Shown here: in pieces, positions 1 through 5,644 of the stretch | How positions within the stretch are numbered: the stretch's first letter is position 1 | How the letters are laid out: every line of letters starts with the position of its first letter | The notes under the pieces: model-generated | What the model saw: only the letters and a program-made list of their open reading frames with translations | What the model was told of the DNA's origin: nothing | Databases searched by the model: none | Program-made: the position numbers and the translations under genes | Source: a virus | Lineage: Duplodnaviria > Heunggongvirae > Uroviricota > Caudoviricetes | IMG/VR virus record: IMGVR_UViG_3300029070_000030 | Length of the DNA: 7,067 nt | Direction: 5' to 3' (one strand)

Positions 1-303
1 GGCGGCCGTCACTGCCGGGTCAGCCGGGGGCAGACTGCCGGTCACGGCAGCCACCTTTGCGGCCGCGTCGGACGGGGAAACACCAAACACCTTTTCAACC
101 AGTTTCAGGCCGTCACCGGCACCACACTGATTGCAGTACCAGGTGCCGCGCCCCTCCCTGTCATCAAAACGGAAGCGGTCACTCCCGCCACAGACCGGAC
201 AGGGCTGATGACGGTTTTTCAGCACCTGAATCCCCAGCGCCGGGAGAATACGCGGCCAGTGGCCGAGCGCATGGCTGACGGTGGCGGTTACGTTCATTTT
301 CAT
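1..303 (-). CDS. alpha: P4-type replication protein alpha (primase-helicase), N-terminal ~101 codons only; gene continues past the window start
   Basis: Not in the ORF track because it is truncated. Hand translation of the minus strand from ATG 303 gives MKMNVTATVSHALGHWPRILPALGIQVLKNRHQPCPVCGGSDRFRFDDREGRGTWYCNQCGAGDGLKLVEKVFGVSPSDAAAKVAAVTGSLPPADPAVTAA with no stop to position 1. AAGGAG lies 9 nt upstream of the ATG (plus 313-318). The CPVC...CNQC spacing is a zinc-ribbon of the kind found at the N-terminus of P4-type primases. It sits just downstream of the orf106-like gene, as in P4. Confidence 0.8.
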   Translation of the reverse strand, partial: MKMNVTATVSHALGHWPRILPALGIQVLKNRHQPCPVCGGSDRFRFDDREGRGTWYCNQCGAGDGLKLVEKVFGVSPSDAAAKVAAVTGSLPPADPAVTAA

Positions 304-317
304 GGTGTTGTTCTCCT

Positions 318-638
318 TCAGTGCAGTACCGGCGCTTTTATGTGACGGGCACAGAGTTCATCCATCACAACCAGCCCGAGAAAGGACAGCGACGGCGCGG
401 CCTTCAGGGGGCCGGATTCCATTAAATCTTCCAGCAGGGCACAGGCTATCTGACGCCCTTTTTCCTCACCGTGCTGGCGCAGATAAAAGCCTTCCAGCTC
501 AGCGGCGATGGCCGCCTCCAGTGACTCAAGGGTGAGATGCGGGTAGCGGTGCTGACGTTCGCACACGGTCAGCCAGGCACAGGCGACAGCGCGACGGTAA
601 AGGGCAGCGCGTAAGACGGGCGGTAAGGGTGTTTTCAT
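318..638 (-). CDS. P4 orf106-like small protein (possibly the Cnr copy-number regulator homologue; that name is from memory)
   Basis: 106-aa ORF on the minus strand; GGGAGG lies 7 nt upstream of ATG 638; position immediately upstream of alpha matches the P4 left operon; size matches P4 orf106. Confidence 0.65.
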
Positions 639-773
639 TTGTTTTCCTCCCTGTGACAGATGACTGCATTCCGTGCCGGTTGCATTAACTGATAAGGCAT
701 ATCTGCGTCTCCTGAAGACGTGCGTATCCCTGCGCGAATACGCACATTTAATTTTTCGGGTGTCGTTTTTTAA

Positions 774-1229
774 TTACAGATAATTGCGGTAACTGTTATC
801 CGGGGTGATTTCCGGGTCAGGCTCCGTGCGGGGAATTTCCCGCCATTCCCGCGCTACCGGTGCTGCCCGGCTGACCGGAACAGTGTCCTGCGGGTAAATA
901 TCCAGATATTTCTCCCGCCATTTCTGTAATTCCGGGTCTCCGGCCATTTCTTTCAGTACCGCATGCCGGTTTACGGGGCTGCGTTTAAACAGGTCAGGAC
1001 GGTCACAGGTAAATTCCCGCAGAAAACGCCCCAGCGGGATGTCTGTGGTGCGCCCGTCGGCGAGGATACGCACAAGGATACTGAATTTACGGCGGTACGG
1101 GTTCCAGACAATGTCCGGGCAGCGGTACGGCATTTCCCACGGAATACCGTCTTCCAGAATGCCGACCACGGCCACATCGGGAAAACCGGCAGAACGGTAA
1201 ATCTCACCGGGCTGGGGAAAATCAAACAT
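774..1229 (-). CDS. P4 orf151-like hypothetical protein
   Basis: 151-aa ORF on the minus strand; its ATG (1229-1227) overlaps the stop of the upstream epsilon-like ORF (ATGTTTGA), suggesting translational coupling; size and position match P4 orf151 between eps and alpha. Confidence 0.65.
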   Translation of the reverse strand: MFDFPQPGEIYRSAGFPDVAVVGILEDGIPWEMPYRCPDIVWNPYRRKFSILVRILADGRTTDIPLGRFLREFTCDRPDLFKRSPVNRHAVLKEMAGDPELQKWREKYLDIYPQDTVPVSRAAPVAREWREIPRTEPDPEITPDNSYRNYL

Positions 1230-1509
1230 GCGTCCTGTCTCCCCGGTCTTTCTGCTGGGCGAGAAAATCGCGGCACAGGCCTTTGGCTTTCAGCTCATTC
1301 AGCACAAAATCAATATCTTCATTCAGGTAGCTGAAAATATGCGGAATGTAGAGCTGATGCAGGCCGGAGAGTTCACGGTGAATCAAATCACCCCCAACAA
1401 ACTGGGATACGGCGCTGGCGCGGTTGAGCTTATGGTAAGCCTCAATGCTGAGGTGTTCACGGGCGTCATGACGCGCTGAGACGGTCTGAGGGGCTTTTTT
1501 ATTACGCAC
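1222..1509 (-). CDS. eps: Epsilon-like protein (helper-prophage derepression factor of P4 family); 95 aa if initiated at GTG 1509
   Basis: C-terminal part of the 175-aa track ORF 1222..1749. GGAGG (minus-strand sense) lies 6 nt upstream of GTG 1509, giving [30 protein letters not shown]...DRTHV (95 aa). Alternative in-frame ATGs are at 1554 and 1590. The full 1749 start is unlikely because that stretch overlaps another long ORF and is Cys/Pro/Leu-rich. Position upstream of orf151 matches P4 eps. Start codon uncertain. Confidence 0.5.
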   Translation of the reverse strand: MRNKKAPQTVSARHDAREHLSIEAYHKLNRASAVSQFVGGDLIHRELSGLHQLYIPHIFSYLNEDIDFVLNELKAKGLCRDFLAQQKDRGDRTHV

Positions 1510-1837
1510 GGGACACCTCCACCACCGGCAGACGGGCAGCAAGGGAGAGCACATAGTCACGGACAAGGGAACGGCGGGCGCTGCGTTCATCACCGGCGAC
1601 GGTGCGAAGCATACAGATACGGGGATGACGGTCTGCGCGACGGACAGCCGCAAACACAAAGACAAATTCAGGGTGTGAAGGGGTAAGGGTCGTAGCCATA
1701 AGGCAACCTCCGATAACAGCGTAAATGACGCTATCGCCGGAGTTTCCACGCTCGATGGCGATAGCCCAGACGGGGGTGGAAATACCGGCGTTATCGGAAA
1801 CCGGCCAGCCCGGAGGCTGCCCCGCCTGAGCTACCAT
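1502..1837 (-). CDS. Hypothetical protein upstream of eps (111 aa from ATG 1837; may extend to ATG 2101, 199 aa)
   Basis: Part of the 214-aa track ORF 1502..2146. The C-terminal 111 codons ([31 protein letters not shown]...LPVVEVSRA) look protein-like, and the stop TAA 1504-1502 abuts the eps GTG. An upstream in-frame ATGATGATG (2101-2093) overlaps the vis stop, which would give 199 aa, but that N-terminal stretch has odd composition and a lower-GC, palindrome-rich template. No recognisable motif. Low confidence. Confidence 0.3.
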   Translation of the reverse strand: MVAQAGQPPGWPVSDNAGISTPVWAIAIERGNSGDSVIYAVIGGCLMATTLTPSHPEFVFVFAAVRRADRHPRICMLRTVAGDERSARRSLVRDYVLSLAARLPVVEVSRA

Positions 1838-2097
1838 TGACTCTGCGGTATAATGAGCGGACGCGGGCAGAATGCACGGAGTGCCATTTGCTCGACTGAC
1901 CACACACCACACCATAATCTGGCGCTCTGTGGCGTTGATTGCGACACAAAAAAAGACGCATGGCGCGTCATATGTCGCCGATAACATACTCGGGTTTCCA
2001 CGCCCGGCTGCCGATTTTGCGGCAGCGGAAAAACTATATCCGCAAATGCCGGAAAAAGGCAAGCCAGAAAAAGGGACTTTTTGCAGAACAGGCATCA

Positions 2098-2364
2098 TCA
2101 TGCGTCGTACCCCCGTTTGCGTCCGGCAATGCGCCCGGCCATCCATGCGGTGACTTCAGAGTGCAGCCAGGCTACATTTTTACCGCCAAGACTCACCTGC
2201 GGCGGAAATTCCCCCTTACGGATGAATTCGTAGATGGTCGAGCGTGACAGGCCGCACAGGTGCATCACTTCCGGCAGACGTAAAAAACGCTCCTGCGTGA
2301 TGTCCGGCAGCGGCATCAGTGGCGTCACAGGGGCGGGAGACGGGGAAGAAAAAACAGCTTGCAT
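2098..2364 (-). CDS. vis: AlpA/Vis-family phage DNA-binding regulator (88 aa), first gene of the leftward operon
   Basis: 88-aa [81 protein letters not shown]; the FLRLPEV...GLSRSTIY...G.FP....G...W core is the AlpA/Vis helix-turn-helix signature. GAGGT lies 6 nt upstream of ATG 2364. It is divergent from sid, as in P4-like satellites where alpA is a core gene. Confidence 0.8.
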   Translation of the reverse strand: MQAVFSSPSPAPVTPLMPLPDITQERFLRLPEVMHLCGLSRSTIYEFIRKGEFPPQVSLGGKNVAWLHSEVTAWMAGRIAGRKRGYDA

Positions 2365-2466
2365 CGGGCTACCTCGTTAATGTCCATACAGCACCGGATA
2401 AGTCCGTCCGGCTTCGGGTAGCGCTTTATTTTGTGAATATTTTCGGCAGACGCAACAGGGGGGATT

Positions 2467-2484
2467 TGTTCCGGCAGTCTTACA
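2467..2484 (-). promoter_or_regulatory. TGT-N12-ACA dyad, candidate Ogr/Delta-type activator site of a leftward late promoter (P_LL-like) upstream of vis
   Basis: TGT (2467-2469), 12 nt, ACA (2482-2484). The centre is ~110 bp upstream of the vis ATG, consistent with a site centred near -55 and a ~55-nt leader. The motif is only 6 fixed bases, so chance occurrence is possible. Confidence 0.4.
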
Positions 2485-2642
2485 ATGGCTGTGTGTTTTT
2501 TGTACATCAGCGCCAGATAGCTTTAAAACGCTCTGGAAGGAGCTGGAAAAAATTATAGTGAAATACAAATTGTTTTTTCTTATTTATTTCAGTGAATTAA
2601 TAAAAATAAAAAGTAATAAACAGCACAAAAAGCCCATCAACG

Positions 2643-2747
2643 GGTGAACAGTGGTGAACAGACGGTGAACAGTCATTACTGCGATTGTTCACCCTTTAAC
2701 TTACTGTATTACTTATCTTTTTTCTTATGGTGAACAGAGGTGAACAG
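2643..2747. repeat. Iteron cluster: five direct copies of GGTGAACAG plus one inverted TGTTCACC; P4 alpha-binding type-I iteron (TGTTCACC), ori/crr-like
   Basis: GGTGAACAG at 2643-2651, 2653-2661, 2664-2672, 2729-2737 and 2739-2747; inverted TGTTCACC at 2686-2693; embedded in an AT-rich tract (2560-2760). The octamer is the reverse complement of the P4 type-I iteron bound by alpha (from memory of the P4 literature). Confidence 0.7.
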
Positions 2748-2825
2748 TAAAATATAAAAAAACAAACAGTAAGCCGGTTTTTCCTGCGACCTTTTCCTGG
2801 CTTGCCGGTCTGAGGATGAGTCTCC

Positions 2826-2843
2826 TGTGTCAGGGCTGGCACA
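2826..2843 (+). promoter_or_regulatory. TGT-N12-ACA dyad, candidate Ogr/Delta-type activator site of the sid late promoter (P_sid-like)
   Basis: TGT (2826-2828), 12 nt, ACA (2841-2843). The centre is ~80 bp upstream of the sid ATG (2916), consistent with a -55 activator site and a short leader. P2/P4 late promoters carry this dyad (established knowledge). Confidence 0.5.
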
Positions 2844-2915
2844 TCTGCAATGCGTCGTGTTGTTGTCCGGTGTACGTCACAATTTTCTTAACCTGAAGTG
2901 ACGAGGAGCCGGAAA

Positions 2916-3650
2916 ATGTCTGACAACACCATCCCTGAATATCTGCAACCCGCGCTGGCACAACTGGAAAAGGCCAGAGCCGCCCATCTTGAGAACGCCC
3001 GCCTGATGGATGAGACCGTCACGGCCATTGAACGGGCAGAGCAGGAAAAAAATGCGCTGGCGCAGGCCGACGGAAACGACGCTGACGACTGGCGCACGGC
3101 CTTTCGTGCAGCCGGTGGTGTCCTGAGCGACGAGCTGAAACAGCGCCACATTGAGCGCGTGGCACGCCGGGAGCTGGTACAGGAATATGACAATCTGGCC
3201 GTGGTGCTGAATTTTGAACGCGAACGCCTGAAAGGGGCGTGTGACAGCACGGCCACCGCCTACCGGAAGGCACATCATCACCTTCTGAGTCTGTATGCAG
3301 AGCATGAGCTGGAACACGCCCTGAATGAAACCTGTGAGGCGCTTGTCCGGGCAATGCATCTGAGCATTCTGGTACAGGAAAATCCGCTCGCCAACACCAC
3401 CGGCCATCAGGGCTACGTCGCACCGGAAAAGGCTGTCATGCAGCAGGTGAAATCATCGCTGGAACAGAAAATAAAACAGATGCAAATCAGCCTCACCGGC
3501 GAGCCGGTTCTCCGGCTGACCGGACTGTCAGCGGCAACACTCCCGCACATGGATTATGAGGTGGCAGGCACACCGGCACAGCGCAAGGTGTGGCAGGACA
3601 AAATAGACCAGCAGGGAGCAGTGCTTAAGGCCAGAGGACTGCTGTCATGA
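2916..3650 (+). CDS. sid: Sid-like capsid size-determination (external scaffold) protein, 244 aa
   Basis: Track ORF 2898..3650; preferred start is ATG 2916 (MSDNTIPEYLQPALAQLEKARAAH...) with AGGAG 8 nt upstream, while GTG 2898 has no SD. Strongly alpha-helical, Ala/Glu/Leu/Gln-rich sequence. The 244-aa length matches P4 Sid, and the order sid-delta-psu is diagnostic. Confidence 0.8.
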   Translation: MSDNTIPEYLQPALAQLEKARAAHLENARLMDETVTAIERAEQEKNALAQADGNDADDWRTAFRAAGGVLSDELKQRHIERVARRELVQEYDNLAVVLNFERERLKGACDSTATAYRKAHHHLLSLYAEHELEHALNETCEALVRAMHLSILVQENPLANTTGHQGYVAPEKAVMQQVKSSLEQKIKQMQISLTGEPVLRLTGLSAATLPHMDYEVAGTPAQRKVWQDKIDQQGAVLKARGLLS

Positions 3651-3892
3651 TGCGCTGCCCTTTCTGTCGTCATTCAGCGCATACTCGCACCAGCCGGTAT
3701 GTGAGTGACAATGTCAAAGAAAGTTATCTGCAGTGCCAGAATATTTACTGTTCGGCGACATTTAAAACGCATGAGTCAATTTGTGCCGTGATTCGTTCTC
3801 CGGTCACGGAGGAAAAACCAGCACCGGCAAGCACAGCACCGGCTGTTGTCCGAAAAGTTAAAGGCTGTTACAGCTCACCATTTAACCATTAA
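3647..3892 (+). CDS. delta: Ogr/Delta-family zinc-finger late transcriptional activator, single-domain form (81 aa)
   Basis: MMRCPFCRHSAHTRTSRYVSDNVKESYLQCQNIYCSATFKTHESI carries the C-x2-C ... C-x4-C zinc-finger spacing and RTSRY/CQN..CSATF motifs typical of P2 Ogr and P4 Delta. Its ATG overlaps the sid stop (ATGA at 3647-3650); GAGGA lies 8 nt upstream. Confidence 0.85.
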   Translation: MMRCPFCRHSAHTRTSRYVSDNVKESYLQCQNIYCSATFKTHESICAVIRSPVTEEKPAPASTAPAVVRKVKGCYSSPFNH

Positions 3893-3906
3893 TCAGGAGA
3901 CGGGGT

Positions 3907-4479
3907 GTGACCACAATGTCATTACAGCAGGCTTTTGAGGTCTGCCAGAATAACAAAGCGGCATGGCTGCAACGCAAAAATGAGCTGGCAGCGGCCGAAC
4001 AGGAATATCTGCGGCTTCTGTCAGGAGAAGGCAGAAACGTCAGCCGCCTGGACGAATTACGCAATATTATCGAAGTCAGAAAATGGCAGGTGAATCAGGC
4101 CGCCGGTCGTTATATTCGTTCGCATGAAGCCGTTCAGCACATCAGCATCCGCGAGCGGCTGAATGATTTTATGCAGCAGCACGGCACAGCACTGGCGGCC
4201 GCACTGGCACCGGAGCTGATGGGCTACAGTGAGCTGACGACCATTGCCCGAAACTGTGCCATACAGCGTGCCACAGATGCCCTGCGTGAAGCCCTCCTGT
4301 CCTGGCTTGCGAAGGGTGAAAAAATTAATTATTCCGCACAGGATAGCGACATTTTAACGACCATCGGATTCAGGCCTGACGCGGCTTCGGTGGATGACAG
4401 CCGTGAAAAATTCACCCCTGCGCAGAACATGATTTTTTCGCGTAAAAGTGCAGAACTGGCATCACGTCAGTCTGTGTAA
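3907..4479 (+). CDS. psu: Psu-like polarity-suppression / capsid-decoration protein, 190 aa
   Basis: 190-aa ORF; GTG 3907 start with AGGAGA 6 nt upstream (the ATG at 3916 is too far from the SD). Third gene of the sid-delta-psu late operon; the length equals P4 Psu. It is followed by a hairpin and then cos. Confidence 0.85.
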   Translation: MTTMSLQQAFEVCQNNKAAWLQRKNELAAAEQEYLRLLSGEGRNVSRLDELRNIIEVRKWQVNQAAGRYIRSHEAVQHISIRERLNDFMQQHGTALAAALAPELMGYSELTTIARNCAIQRATDALREALLSWLAKGEKINYSAQDSDILTTIGFRPDAASVDDSREKFTPAQNMIFSRKSAELASRQSV

Positions 4480-4512
4480 AATTCCCCGAAAATCCGCCTG
4501 TTTTTACTGAAA

Positions 4513-4543
4513 AAAGCCATGCATCGATAAGGTGCATGGCTTT
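4513..4543 (+). terminator. Candidate intrinsic terminator of the late operon downstream of psu
   Basis: Perfect inverted repeat AGCCATGCA (4515-4523) / TGCATGGCT (4533-4541) with a 9-nt loop, extendable by A:T pairs to ~11 bp, followed by TTT and a further TTTT at 4551-4554. The U-tract is interrupted, so efficiency is uncertain. Confidence 0.4.
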
Positions 4544-4643
4544 GCATGCGTTTTCCCGCCTCATTTCCTGCAGATTACGCCGCGCCCGACGCGGCGTGAG
4601 CGTGTCAGTGCAACTGCATTAAAACCGCCCCGCAAAGCGGGCG

Positions 4644-4662
4644 GGCGAGGCGGGGAAAGCAC
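4644..4662. other. cos site: 19-nt P2/P4-type cohesive-end sequence GGCGAGGCGGGGAAAGCAC
   Basis: Exact match at 4644-4662 to the conserved 19-nt cohesive end shared by P2, 186 and P4 (recalled from the literature). It lies between psu and int, where cos sits in P4, and is flanked by GC-rich dyads (4578-4596 and ~4625-4644). Confidence 0.8.
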
Positions 4663-4687
4663 TGCGCGCGAATGGATGATTTTCAAT

Positions 4688-5644
4688 TTAAATGCCAAGC
4701 AATAATTTTTTCTTGAAGTAGCTTTCAAAGCTATCCTTATCACCATTGAATACACCCATCAACTCATCAGAGTTTATTATTATATTCATTATTTCTCTTA
4801 AATAATTATCAAGTTTAATGCTTTCCTCTGGTAGTTTTCCAACTTTAGATGATTTTAAACTGTCACCATGAGTAACTTTAGAGCGAATGTTATAGAATGA
4901 CTTTATTTCATCAAATGTAGTGATAGGATCAAAGTTATATGGTTTTAAGAAAATAGCGACCCGCTCAGAAAGTTTATGAGAAAGTTCAGAGCTATCTGTT
5001 GAGAATAAGCTCTCAAGTGCGCTGCAGTAGTGAGATATTTTCATTGCGGGATCGAAATCTCGCTTTGCTGATCTTATAAAACTCAATGCCCTTCCATAGC
5101 GAGAATATTTTGAATCAACAAAAGAATCAAAAATAGTAGAGTTATTATTATATAGGTGAGTTTGAACTCGATGGTTTATATCTGCCCACTTAGTTAAGTC
5201 ACTCCTGTTAAATTCAACATCAATATGGCGATAACCGCTTGCCATCGTAAATAAACTTAATAGACTATTGTTCGACCATTCAGAATATGCTTTGCGATCA
5301 GTTTTATTGCAATATGCAATTTCGCAAAGCATGCCATTATCCTTGATAAACCAAGAAGTATTTATAAGCATATCTATCCACAAAAGCCAAGTCGTCAATG
5401 CAAAATTGCTTTTTGTAGACGGCTGAAAAAAATCATCTTTAAGATCGGCAAAAATTATGTGATTTGCATTGTATAAATGTTCATATTCAATGATACCAGT
5501 AAAAGGCTTAATATCTTTGTTAATTATTTTTCTAATTTTTGCCCTATCTCTTATTAGAGTAACTCCGGGAAGGAGGTCAAAATCATCGAAATTATCCCCT
5601 ATAACATTCATAAATCTTAATGTTGTGTAGAATTTAAAGTGCAT
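4688..5644 (-). CDS. Hypothetical protein, 318 aa, AT-rich hotspot cargo; function unknown (candidate anti-phage defence / abortive-infection protein)
   Basis: 318-aa ORF with no internal stops in strongly AT-rich DNA that contrasts sharply with the GC-rich P4 backbone. GGAG lies 7 nt upstream of ATG 5644, and the start overlaps the last codons of int. Located between cos and int, the variable hotspot of P4-like satellites. I recognise no family; the only motif noted is a possible Rx4H (R254...H259, NIRSKVTHGD), which is weak. Confidence 0.8.
   Translation of the reverse strand: MHFKFYTTLRFMNVIGDNFDDFDLLPGVTLIRDRAKIRKIINKDIKPFTGIIEYEHLYNANHIIFADLKDDFFQPSTKSNFALTTWLLWIDMLINTSWFIKDNGMLCEIAYCNKTDRKAYSEWSNNSLLSLFTMASGYRHIDVEFNRSDLTKWADINHRVQTHLYNNNSTIFDSFVDSKYSRYGRALSFIRSAKRDFDPAMKISHYCSALESLFSTDSSELSHKLSERVAIFLKPYNFDPITTFDEIKSFYNIRSKVTHGDSLKSSKVGKLPEESIKLDNYLREIMNIIINSDELMGVFNGDKDSFESYFKKKLLLGI

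Noticed and set aside
57-535. Plus-strand ORFs 57..278 and 281..535
   Set aside because: Antisense to the alpha N-terminus and the orf106-like gene, both of which have proper SD sequences and family-typical features; Arg/Pro/His-rich composition typical of spurious ORFs in GC-rich DNA.
963-1479. ORFs 963..1334 (+), 971..1276 (-) and 1228..1479 (+)
   Set aside because: Overlap the orf151-like and eps-like genes in other frames or antisense; no SD; not part of the conserved P4 gene order.
1222-1749. Full-length 175-aa ORF as the eps gene
   Set aside because: Its N-terminal 80 codons overlap the better-placed upstream ORF and are Cys/Pro/Leu-rich; an SD-preceded GTG at 1509 gives a 95-aa product instead. 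The true start remains uncertain.
1837-1854. TTGACT ... TATAAT promoter-like hexamers
   Set aside because: The two hexamers are only 6 nt apart, so they cannot form a sigma-70 promoter.
1872-2247. Plus-strand ORFs 1872..2153 and 1939..2247
   Set aside because: Antisense to vis and the leader region of the leftward operon; highly basic, low-complexity translations; no SD noted.
2319-2568. Small ORFs 2319..2558 (+), 2325..2507 (-), 2377..2568 (-)
   Set aside because: Lie in the divergent promoter region, mutually overlapping, Cys-rich or low-complexity translations; more likely regulatory DNA.
2643-2747. Possible CRISPR array
   Set aside because: The repeat unit is only 8-9 nt with 1-3 nt or irregular spacing and no spacers; it matches P4-type replication iterons.
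2877-3423. Minus-strand ORFs 2877..3407, 2888..3256 and 3019..3423
   Set aside because: Antisense to sid; GC-rich antisense frames commonly stay open.
3882-4064. Minus-strand ORF 3882..4064
   Set aside because: Antisense to the psu start; no support.
4561-4755. Minus-strand 64-aa ORF 4561..4755
   Set aside because: Spans the cos 19-mer and the GC-rich dyads and overlaps the end of the cargo gene; translation is Arg/Gly-rich from GC repeats; almost certainly not coding.
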